DNA of 64,000 nucleotides from Octopus vulgaris (Eukaryota): assembly GCA_951406725.2 (NCBI GenBank), contig OX597821.1:52948001-53012000 (forward strand), written 5' to 3'. Below are positions 54,600 through 64,000 of the stretch, in pieces. The stretch's first letter is position 1, and every line of letters begins with the position of its first letter. Position numbers and translations under genes: made by a program. Under the pieces are notes generated by a model. It was not told the origin of the DNA. It did no database searches and was given only the letters and a program-made list of their open reading frames with translations.

Positions 54600-55045
54600 C
54601 ATACCATTGATTACATCGACATTGATGAGACAAAATGCACAGTGGCTACAAACGAAATATGCTGAATCTCAGTAACTGGCCCTGATAGTCTCCCAGCTAT
54701 TCTCCTAAAGTCATGAAAGCTGACTTTCGCGAGACCACTTTAGATACCTTTCCAGTGTTACCCTGCAAATGATAAACTTCCTAAAAGAAGGCATTGCATG
54801 TCTCAAATATACAGGTAGGAACAGAACAGAGACTAATACTACACGCCAATCTCTCTGACCATATATCACTAAAGCCATGGAACGAATCGTCAGAAAGAAA
54901 ATTATTATGTTCCTTGAAGAAAACGATTTACTGAACGATACTCAGCATAAGTTCCGTCCGGGAAGGACTGCTTCACACAGTTCTCACAGCACTATGATTG
55001 AATTGTGAATACGCAGACGTCAGTGTGATACATCTTGATTTCAGA
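54600..55045 (+). pseudogene. CR1/Jockey-group LINE reverse transcriptase N-terminal fragment
   Basis: Across frameshifts: TGPDSLPAILLK..YTPISLT..ITKAMERIVRKKIIMFLEENDLLNDTQHKFRPGR..DVSVIHLDF. Confidence 0.8.
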
Positions 55046-55169
55046 GATCTTGGTATAGCTTGTTAACAGATTAGTTATCAAATGATTTGCATATGAAAAA
55101 AAGCAATTTCACATTCATCTGATAGGGTATTCTATACTTTCGTAAAGTAAAAACTATTTTTTATTATCA

Positions 55170-55283
55170 AGAACATTGTTGACAGTGACTTCGAAGTTTT
55201 GGCTAGTGTAGCCATTGTCGGAGTGCTTGATGATGGATTTGCTGGCCGAAACTTTGAAGTCAGTCATTGTCAACAATATTCTT
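55170..55283. repeat. Small inverted element with a degenerate HHR
   Basis: gaacattgttgacagtgact / agtcattgtcaacaatattc arms; TTGATGA-tgg..cc-GAAA-ctttgaag-TC at 55227-55261, with a poor stem I. Confidence 0.55.
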
Positions 55284-55314
55284 TGTTAGAATAATATATG
55301 TATATATATATATA

Positions 55315-55363
<49 letters not shown>

Positions 55364-56729
55364 ATGTGTATAGGCATTAATGTGTATGCCTATGTCTTTC
55401 AGTCTGTGTTGTTTTTTGTTTTTGTTCCCAACACTACTTTACAACCGGCGGGGAATTGTTTATCTTCTCGTAAACTAGCGGTTCGGCAATAAAGTCCGAC
55501 GACAAACATGTAAAATTTCTAAGATAAAGATAAAATAATGAACTATTTTCTTTCTTATATGAGAGAAAGTGTCCCCATAGTATTACGAATCTTAAATGAA
55601 CGCAATTGATCTATTGCAGATGAATAGAATACTTGTAAATATATAGAAATTCTGGCCTCCAGTTTACGGTATGTACCAGTTATACAATGCTAACGTTAAC
55701 TTTAATATGTTATATACCGCAGTTATTGTTTGAGTTAAGTTAACATAACTTGTGAAATAAATAAATACTCTAAAACATACTTAACGATTATATATTCTCT
55801 TACACTATATTCCCCGTATCTAAATTTTCGGCGCTTTCTTATTTTCATATCTCAGCTATAACATTCTTGAATAAACAACGAGCTTATACGAACTTATATC
55901 TTAATTTGAATACCAAATCTCTGTGCTCTGAAATATTTGTTGATTTTTGTTTCCTTTCCTAGAAAGTGTTCTTCATATACTCGTATGTTAATAGGGATTT
56001 ATGCAAAGTAAAATGAAAGTATCGAGAGTCGTAAATGTTTGTAAAGTGTGTTTAGTGATAAGAGTCTCCCAAGTTTTAACGTAATAACTACCGGAAAATA
56101 TGCTTGAACAAGAACAAAAATGTATAATTTTCTTTAATACTCACATAAGACGAGTTTTATGGGATATTTGAATATGCTCTCCATCACTACTTCTCCCCGT
56201 TCCATACTTCTGTATCTATACTAGTCTCTCTCTCTCACCTCTACACTCACAGCCAAATATTTGCGGGTATGGATATACTCATAAATATGAATAAAAGCCA
56301 TTTTTTCTTTAACGATATTTCCATATATATGATCGCGCGCGTTTACACGTACACACACACACACAAACGACGAAACACACTACATGTAGATTTGGTAGTA
56401 GATTTCATTTTAAGTCAGACCGTTTTGTAATTCATCATTTTCTGTCGCAGTTTGTATTGTATGCAAATAAATTGTTTCGTTTATTATATTGGGTGTCTTA
56501 AAAAATATTTGAAAAGGACACAAATCGCAGATATAATTCCAATGTCTGTTTAACGTACCGTCTCAGCATATGTATGTGTATGCTTATCTACATATGTCTC
56601 TTTGTGTCTGTTGTTTCTGTTCCCAACATTACTGTTCCCAACATTACTGTACAACCATATTTCTATATATCATTTACGTGTATGTCTGTCAGTCTGTATG
56701 CATGTACATATATATATATATATATATAT

Positions 56730-58025
56730 AATCAAAAATACACATTGTGTATAGGACATCACCAGTGATTGAAAAATACGTGAACATTCGAGAGGTAAGC
56801 ACAGGACAAATACAAAAGAAAAAATGAATAATATACATTACGTACAGGGTACCACCAACGACTGAAAAATACGTAAGCACACAGGAAGTCTCACCCCTCC
56901 TCAGTTGTTGACTGCTTATTACTAACCTTTTTCGAGCTTTCTCAATGACAAAAGAAGAAAGCTTCATATGACAGCAGCATCCGTAAATTTAAAAAATATA
57001 AAACTTATGAAGAGTTAGGACTTCGGACGAACAAACGACACCCAATTGGACATACAGAGTTAAGAACCGACAAAGACAGACATTAAGGGCCGTTAGTACA
57101 AGACGAATTTTAATGGGTGACGCCTGGCAGAAATTTTGAAAGTATACAGTATAGATACAAAAGAAAAAGTAGTAGGAGAAAAATAGTAGAAGACAAAAAA
57201 TATCGAGAAGCGAGTGAAATTACGCCCAGCTGGCTTAACGTCCCATTCAAAAAATACAGAGAGACGGGACAATGGCTTGTAGTCACGTGTGATAAACAGG
57301 CAGAGGGGAAGGGGGACGAGAGATAAAAGGGAAAGAAACGAGCCCGTCTTCTTTCTTTTGGGGATGGAACGTCTAGCTCCCTGGACGTAATTTGTCTTGG
57401 TTCTCGATATTTTTTCTCTTTTACTATTATTCTCTCCAACTATTTTTTCTCTTTCCTTCTTTCTGTCTCCTGTCTATCTTTTTTGCTTCTCCCATTTCCT
57501 CACTCCATTCATTTCTTCCCTTCTCCTCTCTCTTCTCCCCTTCCCCTCTGCCAGTTGATCACACGTGACTACAGGCCTTTCTTCGCATCTCTCTGTGTTT
57601 TTGATAGGACGTTCACCAGCTGGACGTAACTTCTCTCGCCTCACGATGTTTTTTGTAACTTCTATCTTTTTAACCTACTATTTTTACTCTTCTACTACTT
57701 TTTCTCTCCTATTTATTCTACATCTTTTCAAAGTTTCTGCCGGGCGTTACCCATTACAATTCGTCTTGCTCTAACGGTCCTGCATGTCTGTCTTCGTCGA
57801 TTGTTTACTCTGTACGTCTACTCTGCTGCCATTTGTTCGTTTGAATCCCTAACTCTCCATAAATTTTATATTTAAAAATTTTTCTGGTTGCTGCTGTCTT
57901 ATGAATTTTTCCTGCCTTGTCGTTGAAAGCTCGAAATAGGCAAAAATAAACAGTGGAAAATTGAGGAAGAGTGAAACTCCTTGTGATATTTTGTCCTGTA
58001 CTTAATGTGTATTTTTAATTATTTA
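56730..58025. repeat. Large old inverted repeat (arms about 450 bp), PLE pLTR-like
   Basis: About 56880-57330 is a diverged reverse complement of about 57520-57985 (for example gtagtcacgtgtgat / atcacacgtgactac and taatgggtgacgcctggcagaaa / tttctgccgggcgttacccatta). Confidence 0.8.
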
Positions 58026-58071
58026 TAATTAAACGCCGCGCAGCCTTTGTCAACGGTAAGTTTTTATACAT

Positions 58072-58157
<86 letters not shown>

Positions 58158-60163
58158 ATATATATATCGTTTTGCATGTTTATAGTGTAATAATTATGAC
58201 AGGTATACGCCTTAATGTACACACACCAAACTCATTCATTATTTAATACATGTAGAGCATTTAATTAAATATGATACCCACAATCGTATATCATTGTTTG
58301 TTTTTAATTTGTCCGGCATTTGTCATTTCAATTACAGAATTCTTTGAAGGGGTTGGCTAATATTACGTTGGGAAAGAAGTGGGCACAATTCTATTTTGTA
58401 ATATATGTGATGTATCAACATTCTTTCTCTACATAAAACCATCTCTGGATTTCTAATTTATTGTTACCGTGATAAGAAAAAATAACGAATGTACATTTCG
58501 AATCTCATATACATTACGCTGTCTCCCCCATCCTATTATTTTTCCTTTATTCACATATCATGGTAGACAGCAATGATGGTGAGAATATGGATCGGAAGCA
58601 GAGTTTATATATTTAACAATAAGAAGTTGGAATTAAATTGGAAATGTAATACAATTAAAGAAGAAATAAGCAACAAAAGTGTAGACAATTTTTCATCTAT
58701 TGTAGAAGAGAAAATCAATACAAATTAACATGTTATCTAAAATTTCCTAAAGCATATTTAGTAGTATAGAGAAGAGATTGCTTAATATATGACGTTATTA
58801 TTGCTTTTACAAGCGTAATGTTCAATTGGTAGGTTTTAATATAGTAATCTAAGATGAATTACTAAATTAGCCAATCCAAAACACACATGGTTTGAATACC
58901 AAATTTTTGTCATTGGTCCATATTGCTCAAGGAGAGGGTGTGTATGGCCTGCTAGCCGAGACCATTCTGTTCGTCCCAATATACAAGGCTCCCAAGAGCC
59001 CATTTTTTTTTCCATTTTAGAAATGGTGGCTCTGATATGAGGTACGTTGGTGGTCTGACAATATGTTGATGACTGCAATTGGTTAGAAGTTATCTGTTGG
59101 TCTGCCACTTCCTTCATCAGCTGCCGCATTACGTATAATGGTGGTAGTAAGTCATTAAACGATAAGTTTAAATTGTTTAATCCTCGTAGTATTTGCATGC
59201 TCGCTCGCACTAGTTAGAAGGAAACTGACACTGTTTGTTTTTAGCTATTCCAAGAAGTATTCAAGTAGGTATTATTAACAGGCTTGGTAAAGCGTTTATT
59301 AAGGAAATGAAGGCAAGTGTCTTCATAAGGGAAATGATAAGAGGTGGAAGGGCAGCGCATCGTGTTGTTGCTTAATCATGTGTCAGCCTCGGTTAATCAA
59401 GCATAGAAATTAAAGTCGTTTCAGTCCTTATGTCAGCTCTAGTACATTCCTGCGTACAGTGTCCAAAACTACACTCAGCAATGTGTCATACTGATTTAGT
59501 CTCGACCAGTAAAAGTCTGACAAAATCTAGCTAGAGTCCAATGTATCAGTATCTTTTGTTGAGACAGGAGGATGTAAACTTAAGGGAAATTATTCTTGCT
59601 CTTCTTAGAGAACGAGGGACCACGGTAAAAAGTTTTCCTTCACTAGGGAGCATTTTTACAGCCGAATACATTGTGTGATAGATGAGAGGAACAGGAAAGT
59701 TTCTAGTTTTAATCGAATAACGATAAATGATTGCATAATATTGTTACTTGAATGTGTAACTATGAGAGATGGTTTATTTTGTAGTTTTATGCAGAATGTG
59801 TAGCTGTTATCTCGAAAAATGCGAATATTAAAGATTTATTACAAGAAGTACTTGAAAAATTCGCCGTCAGAAATAGCTGATTGGGAAAAAGAGGGGAGAG
59901 AGAGAGGAAGGAAACTAACTGAAAACCTTTACTGCTATAATAACAAACAAACATGTGATATGACATATTTATATACCACATGGGTTAGAACTTTAATATT
60001 TCGAAATGAATTGGAATACTGGGTATATAGTGATGAAGATTGTGAAATAAATGAGTGAGGGATTGTTCGTACTGCAGGAAGGCAAATTGGCAGCCATATT
60101 GTTTTTCATTTTCAATGGCTTCGAGTATTTCTTAAAATAAATCACAATCACTTTGAGGTAATA

Positions 60164-61361
60164 TAGATGGTGCGTAAGATATTTGAGGACAGATTTATGT
60201 TTATAAAAAAAACAGATATACAATAACAGATAGTAACTTTATTTATCAAAAAGTGCTAGGAGGATAAAAATAATTTTATTCAATAAGCTTCAACAACTAC
60301 TTCTAAATGAGATCTTGGTTCATTTTGGACATTACCCTACTATTGCAGCTTTCAAAGAATCTTTGGCGTTATGGGCGTGTTCACTGATCTCTCTCTCAAC
60401 AACGCTCCACATGTAATATTCCAATGGATTGAGACGTGGGGAATTAGGAAGCCAAATTTTAGTTATGTGATCATAACAAATTTCAGCCAATCACTCCTAT
60501 ATTACTATAGCCATGTGTAATAGTGCAGTATCTTACTGGAACATTGCAATACACTGTTTATCCAGGGATTAACAATTATTTCCAGGACCTCATTGTAGGT
60601 GGCAGAGTTAACTCTAAGGCCTTGTGGGAAGCACTAAGGAGGCATCACATGTCCTTCTTTGCTAACAACACCTAAAACCATGACAGCTGCAGGAAATTTT
60701 GTATGCATGAAGACTTGGAATTGCAGAAGGGTCTGCACATAACTATCTGTCATTTCTTCAGTTAGCTTTTTCACCTTGGTCGAAGTTTTTCTTGTTTGAG
60801 AAAAACCAAATGAAATCTTCAGCTGGATTTTTCAGTTTGATTAAGAGCCTTTTTGTTCTGATGTAGTGATCTTTCTTTTGTTTTTTCTGACGAATTGACA
60901 TTTGCTCATGATATAAAATTCATATTTGATGTCTTCGTGGACAACATTTCTGACTGTTCCTTCATGCACATAGAGATCTTTTGCAATTGAGCGCATGAGT
61001 TCCTGGGATTGTAATCAATCGTCTGTTGAACTTGCTGGAAAACCTTCAGGTGTTCTGGTGATTTCATCGCGTTTTTTATGCTTTGATTGCTTTGATACGG
61101 GTGATACATTTCCATCTCTAGTTTCGAGCTCCTAACAAACTTTGTAGACGAAAGATATAGCAACTTTTGAAAATAGAGATACTCCTAAATCGCTATGCTC
61201 GGCCGTTATAACCACAATAACAGGATGCCTCTTCATTTATTGTGTAAGCTGAGGGTCTGCTATTTTTATTTTCTGACAGAAAGATTATACAGAGTTAGCG
61301 AAACAATGCAGCAATGACTAAAAACAAAAAAGGTATGTACTCAAATACCTTACATACCCTG
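60164..61361 (-). mobile_element. Decayed maT/DD37D-like Tc1/mariner transposon
   Basis: Imperfect TIRs (ggtgcgtaagatatttgaggaca / tgtactcaaataccttacataccctg|ta). Minus-strand motifs FSNKKNFDQ, KFPAAVMVLGVVSKEGHVMPP, Q*DTALLH and WLPNSPRLNPLEYYMWSVVERE. Confidence 0.85.
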
Positions 61362-62442
61362 TACAGACAGGTGTTTTCCTAAATTACAATTATTCTTGTT
61401 TCCAGATAGCAATATAACTAAAGTAAGCTAAGCTTTACCATTATATCTCGTTGAAACAACACAGTTCTTTTTTTTGTGCCACTATGCTGTACAGAAGATT
61501 GCTTTAATTTTTGCTATAATTGTTTTCCAATGGAATCTTTGTATCTATGATAATTCACTGCCCACGCATTTGCTTGATGACGACAAATATTATATATATG
61601 TGAAAATCAGAAACAAGCGATTTATAACTGAGTGAAAAATTATATGTAACATGAAATTCGAAAATATAAACAACATAAAGAAAGCGTTTTTATTTCCTTT
61701 CGAAGATTAAATTAACAGGAAATCTTTTTTCGTGACGAACATTCTCTACATATATCACGACTAATACAAACCCGCTTCTGAGCGCAAGAGTTTATGCATG
61801 TTTTTCTAATGTTTGTGAACAAAGCAGCCTACCTAAATATTGCTGATTTGGTTTCAACAAGGAATATAAAACAAAAAATAAAACAACATGGCTGGATGGA
61901 GTGAACACTGACTTAACAACATACAACACAAGTCGTGACTAGGAATCTAATATCAAATAAAGTAGGGCCATGAAAATGAATTAAAAACTACAAATAATAT
62001 ATTATTATCACATGATAATATTAATTAGATAATGTTTTACATCGAGAAAAATGAGATAAAATTACTAAAAAAATTGTAAACTAATAATATTAATGTTTTA
62101 GTACTAAATCAAATATCATGTAGTATAGAGAATTTTAGAAACAATAGGAATGTATGAACATATGTAAAAAAGTGAGAATAGATTTAAATATTGAAAACCT
62201 AACCTCGATAACAGAGAGGATTGAAGATTGAGTAATCAAAATATACAAAAGTCAGATTACAGCGCAAAAATGTGTGTATGTGTATACATATAATTATATA
62301 TACATATACAGTTGCCTGACGATCGGTTACATGCAACATTGAGTAGCAGTTTGTTAAGTCTTTTCAGTCTGTCTGTCTATCTATCTAGTTGTCTTGTCTG
62401 TCTCTTTTTATTTATCTATCATATGTCTATTTATATATCTAT

Positions 62443-62505
<63 letters not shown>

Positions 62506-63870
62506 CATATATATATATATAGTGTGTGGGTGCGTGAGTGTGTGTGAAATGAGCCGAGATACCAGTATCTGAAAGATATAACACTGAGTCGAAATACAAG
62601 GATAACCCCATGCACTTTTCTGCCTTTATTTCAGAATTTCAAGACAAACACTGGTTTAGGTCGAATACCATCATTCACTGGAACCAAAGTCGGATATGTT
62701 TCACGGTGATTACTGAATTGGGTAGATATAGAAGCTCATTGTCTACACATCTCACCCTACTGTCTTGAAGGATACAGATTATATTGGACTTGAAGAATAC
62801 AAATGCAAGATGGTTATGATTACATGTTTTAATTATCATTAAAAGTTAGTAATTTTTCTCATCAAATAGCGCCAACCTGTTCAGGATCAATGATAAATAA
62901 GGTATCAAAATTATGTTATATCCTATCGATTCTTCCGTAAAAGCTAGCGTTGTGGTATATTAAATGAATGTATGTATCATCTTTTGGTTATAACAAGATA
63001 TCAATATCTTTATCAGCGTTGTCGCTATGGCCATCCTTCTCAGTACTATGAATGTTTTTGCAGTTATGTATCCATTGTCTCCAATACATGCTGAGCTATT
63101 GAAACAAAAACTAAAACTACATACAACAATCCACCATTGTGTTTATCACGGTTCTTAACTTGCTTTTTCTTACGCACGCCACTAACTCTTAATCTTTGGC
63201 ATTTATTATTTTCCTTTCTTCTTCGTTATGTATGCATATAAATATATATATATAAATATATATTTGTGTTTTCCTTTCTTCTTCGGTATGTATGTATGTA
63301 TATATATATATATATATTTGTGTTTGCACGCATGCACACATGTACGCACATATACGCATGTATTCAAGATTCTATGTATGTGCACATATACCTAGTGGAT
63401 ACAAAATCAAACACACACATATAAATACAAAAATGTTATGCCTATCCTTTTTTTATACGCCAACGTTTTTTATACTAATACTATGACAGGAAAAGTCATC
63501 CTCACCATCCATTCTTCCCCCACCTCATCCTCCTTCATATCATCGTCATCATCATCAATACTAACACGGCAACAATCACATTCTTTTACACGCAAAAACT
63601 TGCACAAAGTGCATCATGTTCCCGATTTTTAAAAATATATAAACGTACGGAGGATTGTAATGAATGTCTTTTTTCTAAAATTCAAGATGATGTTTCAGTG
63701 GAAAACTCTATGTAAGTCATCTTGACAGAGGTACATCACATTCATATTAATGTATTAACGCAGGACTCAAGAAATCCCCTTTCTATGCATATAGAGAATA
63801 TAAATACAGATTCCCACTTGCACATAAACACACATCTACATCCATAGATGTATCCATATATGTATCCATA

Positions 63871-63999
63871 GGCGCAGACGTGGCTGCGTGGTAAGAAGCT
63901 TGCATACGCCGTGTTCAATCCCACTGCGTGGCATCTTGGGCAAGTATCTTCTTTTATAGCCTCGAGCAGAACAAAGCCTTGAGAGTTGATTTTATAGTA
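63871..63999 (+). mobile_element. SINE family A, 5' part (cut by the window end)
   Basis: ggcgcagacgtggctgcgtggtaagaagcttgc..cccactgcgtggcatcttgggcaagt. Confidence 0.8.
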
Positions 64000-64000
64000 G

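Noticed and set aside
58836-59210. 124-aa minus-strand ORF
   Set aside because: No recognisable motifs or splice support; possibly an old TE remnant.

Overview
AT-rich, microsatellite-dense eukaryotic non-coding DNA. The SINE families resemble octopus/cephalopod repeats (recognised from memory, not searched). I cannot support any intact host gene; nearly all listed ORFs are microsatellite or SINE artefacts. The window holds a near-complete IR/DR Tc1 (DD34E) transposon, a decayed mariner, two maT/DD37D-like remnants, a non-autonomous Helitron, three tRNA-SINE families, a CR1-like RT fragment, a 5'-truncated R4/Dong-type LINE in (TAA)n, and a Penelope-like (PLE) GIY-YIG remnant. The main signal is a set of about ten mostly unrelated short elements that carry minimal type-I hammerhead ribozyme (HHR) motifs and/or form head-to-head inverted arms whose 3' ends run out into (TA)n. 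The two youngest are a 359-bp array (46492-48056; 3.3 tandem copies plus one inverted copy) and a 455-bp-unit element (24473-25398). They look like non-coding, retrozyme-like PLE parasites integrated by priming from both sides of a (TA)n break. All structures were folded by eye, and coordinates may be off by a few bases.
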